Program-made: the position numbers and the translations under genes
The notes under the pieces: generated by a model
What the model was told of the DNA's origin: nothing
Databases searched by the model: none
The model's input: the letters and a program-made list of their open reading frames with translations, nothing else
Shown here: positions 14,836 through 26,833 of the stretch, in pieces
Layout of the letters: every line of letters begins with the position of its first letter
Position numbering within the stretch: position 1 is the stretch's first letter
NCBI RefSeq assembly: GCF_001949145.1
Contig: NW_019091357.1
Span: 248,001-312,000, forward strand
Source: Acanthaster planci
Lineage: Eukaryota
Length of the DNA: 64,000 nucleotides
Direction of reading: 5' to 3'

Positions 14836-16426
14836 CTACAGCAGACGAATCCCATAACGTAACACCATGAACAAACTGAAAAAAAAAAAATTACACTTTA
14901 AAATGCTAGCTTTAAAAAGAGCAAAATTATCTGGTCAGTCCTGTAATTATGACATGATAATTTGTTTCACCTCAGTGCAGACAGCAAGCCAGCAGGCATG
15001 AATTTTCCACTGTTCATAAATCGCATTCCCATGACGACCAGTAGGATGGCAGAAGCACCTGTAAAATGTTCCATTGCCAATTGAGGTGAATCAGTAAAAA
15101 GAGAACACGGGAGTGCAAATAGGGAAGAGCTCCATACATGGACATCACCCTCTTTTCCAAACAGTGGTATGTATAAATAGCCATGAGATATGTCCAAAAG
15201 AGTCATTTTAAGCAGGGAAAATATCCAAACATTGACTTAGAAAATGCTTGGAATATTCTGCGCAGTCTCGCAGGGTCTGTACACAGGATGCGTTTGAGCA
15301 AGCTACTCTTGTTAACATGAGTACTCTCCTGAAGCGCACGAACGGCAGGAGTATGCCGCGTGGCTCAGCAAGAGTATACTTTCCGTCATGCATGCACACT
15401 CCTGACCCGAGAGTAATGCGCGCGCATCCTCACTCAACTGACGGGAGTAACCGTGCGAACGCAACCAGGGTGTCAAGTGATGGCCACAATATGGAATTCT
15501 TTCCATGTAGTATTTTGGTTAATTCAATCTGCCTCGAGCACAAGAACCCCCTCATCAAGAGTGTTCATTTTGTTTGTAGCGATGCAAACGTCATGCATAC
15601 ATTCCATAGTCACTTGTGTTCACTGTTCAGTTCTGACCAAAGGAACCTCCCTTGCTAAGACAACTGCACAATCTCTAGGTTTAGCTCGGGGCTCATACTC
15701 AATGATGCATAACTAGGTTAAACCAAAGTACTGGTTTGAAGAAACTCATTGTAATCACTGAGAGTTTTTGATCAATACACAAACTGCTGAAGAATTCAAC
15801 CCTTACCCCAACAGCTATCCCAAGAACTGTGGGGTCCGACGTCTGCCCAGCTCCACGAACGGGGCAGATGTCAGACCCCACAGTTCTGAGTGTATGCAAC
15901 AGCTATTTAATTTGGGCACGTAGCTTTTCCCAGCCGAAGACCTACACACAGATCAGCCCAAAGCAAGCTGCATAACAACTTACCAAAGAGAACAAGGCAG
16001 TTAGTTGGATTCTTTGATGTCAACGAGGCACCATAAGCTGCCATGCCACCCATGGTCAATCCCATCAACAATGATATGGTGCTACCTGAAACATGAGATG
16101 GAATAGTTATGACACTCGACTTATTGACTGGACTCTGCTTAACCAAAAGCTCTCTTCTCTACCCAACCTCCCTCACTCTCCCTTGGTCAAAATGCCCTAC
16201 CCACACACCCCTTCGCTCCATTTTCATGTTTACAAACACTGTACAGCCGTTCATGTCGTGCCCCCTATGTTCTGAACGGAGGGCAATCCCGAGTTGAGCC
16301 GAAAACAAACACTAACGTTAGACTGGGTAATAAATTAGCCTACATGTACTTACCAGCTTTTACAAAGCCAATGACACCTCCAACAGCAACAAATGCTGCA
16401 TATCCAAAACCAATTATATCCGTCAT
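14836..16426 (-). CDS. TMEM14C: Transmembrane protein 14 family (TMEM14C-like), 100 aa, 4 exons
   Basis: Exons 16426-16354, 16085-15984, 15058-14971, 14875-14836 give MTDIIGFGYAAFVAVGGVIGFVKAGSTISLLMG...MGMRFMNSGKFMPAGLLSALSLFMVLRYGIRLL*, which carries the family signatures. The paralog letter is nominal for an invertebrate. Confidence 0.92.
15823..15887. repeat. 26-bp-arm inverted repeat in TMEM14 intron 2
   Basis: agaactgtggggtccgacgtctgccc pairs with gggcagatgtcagaccccacagttct (2 mismatches, 13-nt loop). A related half-site (cagatgttgaaccccacagttct) lies at ~32326-32348. Confidence 0.75.
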
Positions 16427-17144
16427 ACTGGACTTTTTATTTGAAGCGAGGTATGAAAGCTTTTATAATCGAATCGTCAATGCGAACAAGCTTGCCTAAA
16501 AATGACGCGAGGTGACGATACCACCGGCATTCTTACATAGCGCCCTCCTGTGATTCTACTTATTTACGTCCCTGCCGCTGAATTTTAGCAGCCCTTGGAT
16601 TTCGTTATTTTGTGCCAGAAATGGGTAGAGAGCTAGAGGGGGATGACATGCCCGGCCACGGAAATTGAAACGCGGGGGAAAGGAACCATGTATCTCTGTA
16701 GGGGCAATGTTTATAGATGTACATACGTGATAAAAATTACATCCACGTAGACTGTTACTTCAGAATGGAATATTTATGGCTGTTTAAAAAAAACGTGTTC
16801 CCTTTTTGAGTGATATTGAATAAATATTAGTCGTTGGAAAGTCCCAAAATTCTTCACAATCCGCTTGACATTTTTGTTCATCATAAGGAAGTGGGGGGGG
16901 GGGGATTTAGTAGCGCATCCCCAAACAAAACAAAGTGGGGGGGGTATACTCCGTCCCCAGGGGATTTATGCCCATGCATGTAAATGTAATCGATTTTAGA
17001 AACTTTCCGGTCTACATTAAGACAAGTGAAACATTTGGGAACACCGCAACTTTGATATTCTAGAATATTTCATACATTCATGTATGCACCCAACAGTCTA
17101 GAACTGGACAATTTTGTTTCAGCGAGTATAAGAAAACAGACGGC

Positions 17145-17251
17145 AATACGCGGGGGATTCACAATAGTGCGCCTCCAAGAATTTGCAACCCGTTGACCAA
17201 TCACAATGCACGAAATCTGTCGACCCGGCACTATGGTGAATCGCTTGTATT
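17145..17251. mobile_element. Very short MITE remnant
   Basis: aatac..gattcacaatagtgc pairs with gcactatggtgaatcgcttgtatt and encloses ttgaccaatcac. Confidence 0.5.
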
Positions 17252-19069
17252 GAAAAGACTTCATTCATACAGGTACGAAAAAATTAAACATGAAATTTAA
17301 AACTACATGTTTTACATGAAGCTACCCACTAAAATACAAGGAACGTTATCTTATCATAATCAAAAGTAAAATGATGTTATATACACACGAAAGTAGATGT
17401 AACTTAGGTTCGAAGGTTTTGACAAATCAATTTAACCCTAAAAGAAACGGGAAAGAATCCGCCGACTTGATACTTTTCGGATATCATTTTGACACCAATT
17501 TTGTAAGAATCCAACCGACCACTCTTGCGCAGCACCAGTTTTTCACAGACAGGTCAGCCAAAAGGTATACGTTTCCCACAGGTGCTCAACCGTACGCGGG
17601 CTGGCACGCATGTAGTCTTGAACTTCTAATGACTGTAACAACAAAACCATTATGTTTGATTGATTTTAAACTTGACATTATTTTGTAATGATAAGGAGTA
17701 TTCTTACATGCATTCCAAATTTTAAAAAATCGAGCGTACAACTAAGTGCTGGGTTGGGAGAGAATCCGCCCCCACGAGGCTGTGAGATGAGCCAAAATAA
17801 TCCCTCTATTTGAGGGTTAAATTAGTTTTTCTTGAAGTTCCCGTCGTCGGCCTCGCCTTCTCTGACTCAGCAGCCAATTGCAGAAGTAGTTTTTCAAACG
17901 TTCACATTGAGGTGTCTTACGAAAATAGAATAGTTCATTTGGGTTGGGAAGCTCCAAAGGCAAGGATCAAAATTGACCCAAGAGCCAGCCTCAAGGGAAA
18001 GAATTATGAAGCCAAAATTTAGACTAAAATTTAATAGTAAATTTTTTTTAAAAGCGTTCTCTATAGAAAAAGTGAAGCGTGGTTAATAACCGAGTCAACA
18101 ATTGTATATCAGAGTCGTGCAAGAGAGAGTTGCAACACAAGTGTTACCATAGTAACACACGGCATGTGTATGTGCCAAAGGAAAAGGACAGCCACAATAC
18201 GTATACATTAGCCGCACCATCAACTTTACACATAATAAACACGTATTGTTTACTTTCCAAAATCTAAAGGTGGCGCTCCTCTTTCTCTCTTTCTCTAACG
18301 GTTGCAGACCAGTAAGTAAACTTCCATAACCTAAAGTGATAAATACCTGATAATCAGGTAACATACTCAAGAGTTTCTCAGAAGTTTGAGACGCACATCA
18401 AATTAAAGCTCTATATATTTTAATTTTTTTTCAAAATTCTATTCAATAACTGATGACTTTGGAAGATATTGTTTTCCACAGGTCACCCCTACAAAGCAGT
18501 CGTGAAGCCCTTCACCATTTTGAAAAGTCGATGCCTACACTTCTTGAAAAATAGACCGTTTTTCAGGCGCCGATTTCTTCCAAATCTCATTCAGACAAGG
18601 TGGTATTTGTTCCACTAACCTGTTTTTTCTACAATTCTTGAAGTTCACGCTCTACTTATGATTTTGTAGAGAAAATGAGTACATTACAAATTATTGTGAT
18701 TTGGCCAACGCAAGCAGTTTTCGGCCTATTTATGGCCTGCACGCAACAGGTGAGCTCATATTAATGCACAGCGCCCTCTGTGCCCCTAATTCCATCCAAC
18801 GTGACATCGGTTATCATGCGAATTACGATGTGAGGTAGACAAATCCTCCGTCCTTTAGAATATCAAATTCCCGCAACACTGGCTCGTTCTCATCGGAAGT
18901 GTAGTTCTGGACATTACCTGAGATAAAAAAAAATGCAGAAGAAAAGGAAGTAAGGATTGGTATCTGTACAGTGAGCTGGCAAATAAACGTCCGTCTGGAC
19001 AAATCACACCAGCCTACGGGTAATTTACGATCTCGTTGTGTAATAAAAATATCCCATGGCCATACGTGG

Positions 19070-19745
19070 CGAAAGTTGGTCTTTGTCCCTATCCACCTTG
19101 AGCAGAAGCACCCCCTCATCTGTTGAAAAGAGCAATTTTGGTGAGGAGTGTTCCTTTTTGTTGCATTTTACGCAACCGCAACGCATGCATTTCATGGTTG
19201 CACTACACCAAATACGCGCCCATAGAAAACAGTGCAAAATCGGACCGACATAGGGCCGCCTCTTGACTCTCGTGAAGATGTTGGCCTCCGTTTTTCCACT
19301 GGAAATTCAAGATCATGGCCAGAAGATAACTTTTCGTTTCAATTTCATGGAGGTTGGCCAAGAACATTTTTTTATTCGCCTTTGAATGAAGATACCCCAA
19401 AATAGCAAAACAACTAAGCGCTCATTTCCGAATGTAACCGCCCGCCTCTATCCAAAATATGTCCGCAATTTCGGGCTTTTTGTGAAAGAAATACCCTGAA
19501 CTGGAGACTATCAGTCCTAAATTCGAGATTCATAGAACTATTTCTATGATGCCTCCTGATTTTGGCCTGTCTTATTGTAAAAAACCCGTGGGATCATAAA
19601 ATATCATTGAACTCGAGAGCAGAAATACGAGCATTTAGTGGAATGCACCATCATAGTTGTTCGTGAACCGGCGAAAAGCAGTTCCCACCAAAGAAGCCTC
19701 GCTTGCCAGGAAAATGGCGCCCTCTCTAGGTCGAGCTAGGGCCTT
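19070..19745 (-). mobile_element. Dispersed repeat (longer copy)
   Basis: Both ends match the + strand at 45278-45478: agctcgacctagagagggcgccatt...ggttcacgaacaacta and gctcttttcaacagatgagggggtgcttctgctcaaggtg...caactttc. Confidence 0.65.
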
Positions 19746-19769
19746 GAAGGCGTAAGGGGCTCGTGCTGC

Positions 19770-20820
19770 TTTTTTCCCAATGGTTGCCAACCTTCTAGCC
19801 CTTACTACAGCCTTTCAAAGACAAAACCCTCGACAAAACGAACATCCAAACAGAGTCCACTCCCCTAGACACATGCCACTTTGCCAATGATCAGAACGAA
19901 TCAACAGTAGGGGTCGTTGCTCTTGCAAGATAGCAGGACCAAAGATCCTCGTCTCCAGCAGGTTACCGTCTGAAGACGCAGTCCGTACTTCTACGGAATC
20001 GTCTGCGTGAAAGTACCACGATTCATCGCTGCCGTGAATTTGATGCCACACGACGTCTCTTTTTACTGTGATCAGGTCCGAGTAACTAGGACTCTAAACG
20101 AATCGCCCCTTTTAACTTTTAGACATGGTTGGGTGATCTTGGGCTACTGGAAACCCTCAGGCCTTCCCTTCCACAATAAATTCAGGGTTCCCGCGGCCTG
20201 GAAAACTGAGTCATGAAAAAGTCATGGAAACTTGTAAAAATGACTAAAGTCAAGGAATTTTCAAGCACAGGGTGTGATTTCTATTACCAGATAAGGCATA
20301 AAATGCGTGCTTTTATTCACAACTTTAAAGTCCAGATAGTCCAAGATATTGCATTATTCGTCATGGATTTTCATAATTTGGTCATGGAAAAATCATGGGA
20401 TATGTTTGTCCTTTAGGTGCAGGAACCCTGTAGCCTACATATAAATCGATTTTCATGCAACGTAGCTCAGAGATTCCAGAGTCACCATAACTGGCGCACT
20501 TTGACCACATTATATGTATGAGCGAATTTAGAGTACTCCACGGTTTAGAGTACTATACCCCTATCAAAATCCTCGGATTTCACCCCCAAACAGGCCAAAA
20601 CTGTCCAATGTGCCAACTTTAGGATTCAGAAGCAATCGGAGATTCCGTGGTAGTAAAGTTTACTTAAATTCGGAAAGAAATGAGAGATTTTCCTTTCTCC
20701 TTCCCCGAGCCTCGAGGCAGACCTCTAGGTTCGCCTGTAAAAACCCACCTTTGCATGGGGTGAGACGTTTAGTTCTTTGAAGATGTCTTCTGCGGTAACC
20801 GTTCTATTTTGCAACGCCAT
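19770..20820 (-). pseudogene. Disrupted paralog of the DUF985/cupin_5 gene
   Basis: The 5' fragment 20820-20725 reads MALQNRTVTAEDIFKELNVSPHAKVGFYRRT*, with HPEGG degenerated and TAG in place of Tyr. The 3' fragment ~20065-19770 reads VWHQIHGSDESWYFHADDSVEVRTASSDGNL...CLGEWTLFGCSF, then a stop and a frameshifted EGWQPLG. About 650 bp of unrelated DNA separates the pieces. Confidence 0.88.
20183..20430. mobile_element. MITE inserted inside the cupin pseudogene
   Basis: Termini cagggttcc and ggaaccctg, with internal repeats of gtcatgga(a). Confidence 0.65.
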
Positions 20821-21644
20821 TTTAATAAGAACCAAAGCTTTGACACTGCACTGCAATACATACACTGTATATATGTACATGTACTGTACATGTATGCCTG
20901 TACACGTACATGGACACCGTGACTTTAAATACGAACGTACATGGCAACGCAATTTATGGAACTGCCCCTAATACAGTCAAGGTACAAAAACGCCAGCTGG
21001 CATATGTAATCCGAGGTCAGCGAGCATGCAGTACGCAGGTACCGCATTCACATTAAATGCCTCTTTGGCGTTCCATATGCGTGTGCTGTGTGGGAAGGTC
21101 TCTGCGATAGGTTTTCCCAATGACAAAGCCCCTTTTTTAGTAAAAAAGGCATGAACGAAAATTGGACGACAAAAAAAGTAAAGAATGAACAAATTTTTCC
21201 AGATTTTGAAATGCATCACTCCAACTCCGCTTCCGCACAAAGAGTGTTTGTGTACGCAGCACTAGCTCGTATCGGACCAGCGAAACGTTTTTTGTGTTTG
21301 TGTGTGTCTAATTTAATGGGTTATGTTGTTCTTTTAATCAGTTTAATTATTTTTCTTTTTCAATTTTAAAGTGCTCATGCTTGAGTCTTTCAGTTTGTAA
21401 GTTGATACCGTTTCTGTTTTTTGTTTCACAGCTTTTTAAAAATATTTTTTTAATGTTTAATTGTAACATGTCTAATTTGCTTATTACTAATAATTAGGTA
21501 TACTTTGGAGTGCACAATACAACGTTATACATGCAGTTGTTTATAAATTATACTATCTGCCTATTAATGTGGGTTTCGTCACGTTCAAAAAGCAAAAGAG
21601 ACGAAAGCAGTAACCCAAGTGTAAGATAACGTATTGGTGCTCAC

Positions 21645-22127
21645 TTACTTCGTTTCTCCCAACGGTTGCCAACCCTTCGGTGCTAATTCAAAATCTTTAA
21701 ACTCAAATCCTGGACTGACTGTGCAACCGAATAGCGTCCATTCTCCCAGACACTTGGCGCTTTGCCACTGATCGGCACGAATCAACAACTGAGGCTGCTG
21801 GTCTTGAAAAATATCCGGCCCAAAGGTGATCACCTTTTGGAGATTTCCGTCTGGAGACGCAAGGCGGACCTCGGCCGGATCTCCCGCGTAAAAATGCCAC
21901 AACTCGTTTTTGCCGCGGATTCTATGCCACACGAGTCCATCGCCTTTGGTCATAACGTAGTAAATGGCCGTGCTATGAGACTGACCATCACTGTTCACAT
22001 CATCACACCGATAGGTTTCCCTGTAAAATCCTCCTTCAGGATGAGGAGAGAGATTCAAATTCTCGATGATGTCTTGCATCGTAACATTGCTGTAGGTGGA
22101 TCTAATCACGTGGTTTTCAGACGACAT
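21645..22127 (-). CDS. Intronless cupin_5 / DUF985 (YML079W/Cff1-like) protein, ~160 aa
   Basis: Single ORF from ATG 22127 (alternative ATG 22079) with family motifs LNLSPHPEGGFYRETY, STAIYY, WHRI..ELWHFYAGDP, WQSA, WTLFGCTVSPGFEFKDFEL. Confidence 0.92.
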   Translation of the reverse strand: MSSENHVIRSTYSNVTMQDIIENLNLSPHPEGGFYRETYRCDDVNSDGQSHSTAIYYVMTKGDGLVWHRIRGKNELWHFYAGDPAEVRLASPDGNLQKVITFGPDIFQDQQPQLLIRADQWQSAKCLGEWTLFGCTVSPGFEFKDFELAPKGWQPLGETK

Positions 22128-23084
22128 CTTAAGGCAAATTCGAGCGACGGACACAGTTAACTATGGCTTGTGAAACACCACAACCAGTGATGGGTTGGAA
22201 TTATATAGTTGACTGAACCAGGCCCTCTGACGTGGTCGCACAGATGGTTATCAATAGGCCAAGCCGATTTTATTTATTAGTACAGAGGGAACCAACTTCA
22301 AGTTGCGACCATCAACTTGGCTGGTACCAGTGGTACAAGGGTCATTCGGGTATGCCCCTAGCTAGTTCTATCTGTATCGTGCGTTAGTCGTCCAGCTGGA
22401 CTTCCATCACACCCATATACCAATACATGTACAAAATGTACGTGTACATGTACATGTACGTGCCTTTGTTGACCATGCGCGGACTCAGGTTGAACAAATC
22501 CGAAAGCGAAGGCCTTTTCGTTACCCTTTGGCCTTGTTCTGATGACACCACACACTGGATATTTTCACTAATAATCATGCACGCATGCGCGCAAATAGCC
22601 TTGGAGGCAAGGGCCATTGGAAATATACAGGGGTGTGATTTTGATCATTTTTCTCCCTGGTTTTCTCGCTTTGTTCACTGAGTTTTTTCTTCAGAAAATC
22701 TCATTAAGTCGTTTTTGTTATTAAAATTTCTAATCTAAGCTGGATTTTAGTGCTCTGTAAAAAGACTTAACAATGGTGATTTTTCCATTGCGCAGGAGAT
22801 TAAGTGGAAAAAATTCCATAATCAGTGAAAAGGTCTCTTCGTTGACGTGTTTGCACGAGCGGGTCACGATATTCGTATGTGGCGTTGTTGTACGCAGCCC
22901 CAATCTTTTTTTTTCCAGTTGCGGTTCGTGTTGTGTTCTTTGGAGCGCACCATGCTTAGAGAGGGCATGAATTCGTTCCTCCATGGTCAGACCTCTTTTA
23001 TGGGGCGAGGCCAACTTTGTCATCACATGCAGTCGCACAAGGCCAACTAATTTGGTTGCCCGAGTGTCATGGAGGAAGGATAAT

Positions 23085-23495
23085 NNNNNNNNNNNNNNNN
23101 NNNNNNNNNNNNNNNNNNNNNNNNNNNNNNNNNNNNNNNNNNNNNNNNNNNNNNNNNNNNNNNNNNNNNNNNNNNNNNNNNNNNNNNNNNNNNNNNNNNN
23201 NNNNNNNNNNNNNNNNNNNNNNNNNNNNNNNNNNNNNNNNNNNNNNNNNNNNNNNNNNNNNNNNNNNNNNNNNNNNNNNNNNNNNNNNNNNNNNNNNNNN
23301 NNNNNNNNNNNNNNNNNNNNNNNNNNNNNNNNNNNNNNNNNNNNNNNNNNNNNNNNNNNNNNNNNNNNNNNNNNNNNNNNNNNNNNNNNNNNNNNNNNNN
23401 NNNNNNNNNNNNNNNNNNNNNNNNNNNNNNNNNNNNNNNNNNNNNNNNNNNNNNNNNNNNNNNNNNNNNNNNNNNNNNNNNNNNNNNNNNNNNNN
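23085..23495. other. Assembly gap (411 N)
   Basis: Run of n bases. ORFs spanning it are artefacts. Confidence 1.
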
Positions 23496-25215
23496 ATTGG
23501 GCCCTGAACAGTGCTGATTTTACACTGTTTTCAATGGGGCTTGAATTAGTGGACTGTACCCTTATACACAGGATAGGCAGCTCAGCAGTGGCCATCACTG
23601 GATATTCAATACAATGGCCTCCAACTTCAGTCCATTCACTAAAGTGCATTCATGCACGGTGCTAAAGCCAGTGACTTGGAAAATGCCATTGTACTGAATG
23701 GCGTAAGATGGCCGCGCAGTCGATCGCTTCAATTCGCACAAGAGAAACACACTGTGCGAGAGCAAGAAACCAGTGTCCGAGAACAGGCCCCCACTCCGCC
23801 AATGCATGTGTGTGTGTGACGTGTGCGCGCTGCGGGGGGGGGGATTATCCTAGCAGCTCCGGAGCCGTTTCTCCCCCCCCCCACAACAGACTTTTGCCTT
23901 TTCTTTTTTTGTATAATGGTTTGAAAATAACAGTTTTTTGTCTTTCAATTTGGTACTCATGTCAAACTATGGAGAGTTTTCAGTCACATAATTTTTAGCG
24001 TTCTATAATACACAGATGTGCGCGATAAAGCGTGCGCCTTCGAAGTCTCTCAGCAAAGAACTAACTTTGCCGGTCAAGTAAAGTGGCCTTTAAATTAGTG
24101 CAGAAACGGCCTGTGTGTTCATAGTTCAGCGCGCATGGCCTATGGAGATTGTAACTTTCCCGACCAGTGGTAGCAATGCGTTTGCCTTATTTGTATTTTA
24201 TGGAAAGGTCCATTCTAAACTGAACGCAGCGCTAGTGCGAGCGCGCGTGCACGAACCACTCAGGACCACCGGAGCTGCTAGGAAAATTGCGCCCTCTGTT
24301 TTTTGACCCACTCAAGGCCGGCGCCGTGGCCGCTGAGCGGTTTGAGGTGGAGCTGTTATTATTTATTGAAACAAAATCCGTAGACCTAGCTGCTACTCCT
24401 TCTAAGAACAATTTTAACACTTGTAAAACTGTGCAGTACTGTTAGCCTCATGATCCATGTTGTGTGTCCATGACTGCATGACTTTCAATGACTCTGTGGA
24501 TTAATTCGAATCCCAGCAGTCACAAAAATGCTGACTATACTTTTTCGGAGTCGTCACGCACCGCAACTCAGTGGGTAGGGGCCTACTTTGGAATGATGGG
24601 GTCACTCCGGTCGGTGCTTTGGGTCATGGACTCCGAGTCAAGTTTTTAAAAATCTGCTGGCCACTTTGCGTCTTCTTTAAAACAGTCTGGCTTTCCCGTG
24701 CAGATCGAACCGACGGTGGGGGCTTTTACCTTAAAAATACCCAATAAGATTTAGATGTATTAACAAAAAGTCAAAAGTGGAGCGGGAATTGAATGCCCTG
24801 GCTTTTCGTAATATGTGGCGTTTTTTCCCGGTCTTAGATCGCGAACAAACCAGAACTTGAACGGTCCTTAACCGACAGACGACCTCACTTGATCTGAATT
24901 CAAGTCATGGCATCTGGTCTGAACTTCTATAACATTGGTGCGATTTTTTTCAGATTCTATCCAGAGAATTATTATTATTTTATTTGGCATAACGCAAAAC
25001 AAACAATACATGTACGAAACAGAAAATGCAATACAGAACAATACAATACACAAGACAAACGATTAACCAATGGCACATGCCGAGAGTAGAAAAAGTTGAC
25101 TTAAAAACTGTGAGCTAAGGGCATCCAACTCCGCTGCCACTGGCAATAAAATAATCGAGTAAGCTTGAATCAATCAATCTAGTCATGGAGGAAGGAATGC
25201 GTGGTGCAGTTCGTG

Positions 25216-25783
25216 CATGGGCGGAAATCTCTCCTCAGTCGATCGTGGGGGGGGGCATCCATTTACACTTTTTGTGCACACCGTGTTTATTATCTTATTC
25301 CACTTATAAAAACTCAAAAGGCAAAATCCTCCATCCATCAATTCCTTTAGTATTTTGTTGGGCTTGACATATGGAGGGGGCATTTGACATTGTGTCCCCA
25401 TTGTTGCATGTCCCCATACATTGTTGTATTTTGATGCCTTTTAAAGTTCTTTTCTGGTTTGTTTTTTGTATTTTTATAACCTATTTGGGGATAGCTTTAT
25501 ATATATGACTGTTTTGTAGACTTGTTGGTTTTTAATATATGTAAATTTTGTTTTTTATGTCTTGTCAGCCGGTGTGGGGAGCCCCTGGACAGAAATTTAC
25601 TGTGTTCCTTTTGGGCAATCCGAGGCTTCGGGCATCGGCTGACATTTTTCCATTTTCTGTTGATTTTTTTTTTTTTTCGTTTTATAACTTGTCCTTTCCC
25701 CCGAGAAATCAAATAAATAAATAAAGTACCACATCCATGGGGGACGTGCCCCCTGTCCCCCCCCCCCCGGATTTCCGCCTACC
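25216..25783. mobile_element. hAT-type MITE
   Basis: Imperfect TIRs catgggcggaaatc and gatttccgcctacc with G/C-run subtermini. The 8-bp direct repeat agttcgtg flanks it at 25208-15 and 25784-91. A related end (ggatttatgcccatg) lies at ~16963-16977. Confidence 0.7.
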
Positions 25784-25974
25784 AGTTCGTGCATGACTAG
25801 AGTTACATTGTAATAAGTAGATGGGGCACGGAAGATTCATTCAATACTTCCCTCGTGGCTGTCACATGCACAGTTGACGAAAGTCTGGTAGCCTGTATCC
25901 TGACACCTTTGACCGAGCAACTATTTCTGTAAATAAGATATCTGACTATAGTAGTACACTGGATCGTGTCGTGC

Positions 25975-26197
25975 GCATGGATCAGTCGTGAAATGAAAAA
26001 TGCCGGTGGAGGACGCGTTTGTTGTGGGCTTTGTCACAGCACAGCTCATCAGAGTATACATCAGAGCGGCAGCCGGTTGGCAGCATCTGTAACTTGAAAG
26101 GTTGATGGCCCAGGTGCATCGTACAACTTCGGTTGGTGGGGAGCTGTAGTTTTATTTTCTTTCTGCTCAAGTTCACAGCAAGTGTCTTGGACGACAG
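25975..26197 (+). promoter_or_regulatory. Probable first (5' leader) exon of the HAD gene, containing uORFs
   Basis: Ends in a consensus donor cag|gtgagt at 26197, followed by a CpG-rich tract (26230-26320). ATGs at 25977, 25993, 26000 and 26105 all close before the donor. The 5' boundary is unknown. Confidence 0.55.
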
Positions 26198-26833
26198 GTG
26201 AGTAGAGAAAGACAGAGTCTCTGGTAATCAGGCGTCACGGCCCCAGCTAGGTGCACAAGGGGCGCGGCGCGCGTAAATGCACGGCACCGGGGACCCGGCC
26301 GGGGCGGGAGGGTAGCCAACCGGACTTTCTTATCCGATTTGTTCCAGATCATGTAGATGAAGTTTTCTATTGAAATGAATTATACAGCGACTCTCACTGA
26401 CACTGTTTATATTGGACCACTTACCTATTACATGTACAACTGTTTCACCACATTACTACTACCTATCATGAACTCGTTAAATTATGACGTGGAAAACCTA
26501 AGATCTTGTGCTTCACTAGCCTACTACATGCAGCCTAGGTCTAAATGGTTAGGTCTACAACATAATAAAACCAAACGTTTGTCTGAAGAAGTGTCTCATT
26601 TCGGCCTATGTCATAGGCCCCATGTTGTCTCCTTCATCTTTTTATGTTTTTCTCCCATAACTGCAGGTTTATCTATTAATGCCTGGCATTTGCTACTGCT
26701 AGTCATGCCAGGCAAGCCCTTTTAATTTGCCAGTCGTTTGATCAACAGAAATGCATTTTTGGACACTTTTCAGATATTGGATTCATCTGCTTGACTTGTC
26801 CGTCACTTGCTTCATCTCACATCAATACAAGCA

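Noticed and set aside
22983..23649. Long ORFs of 166-200 aa in the ORF track
   Set aside because: They run through the N gap.
23700..24900. CpG-rich tract as a gene or promoter
   Set aside because: No convincing ORF or exon chain. It is next to the gap and MITEs, so probably repeat-derived and not classifiable by eye.
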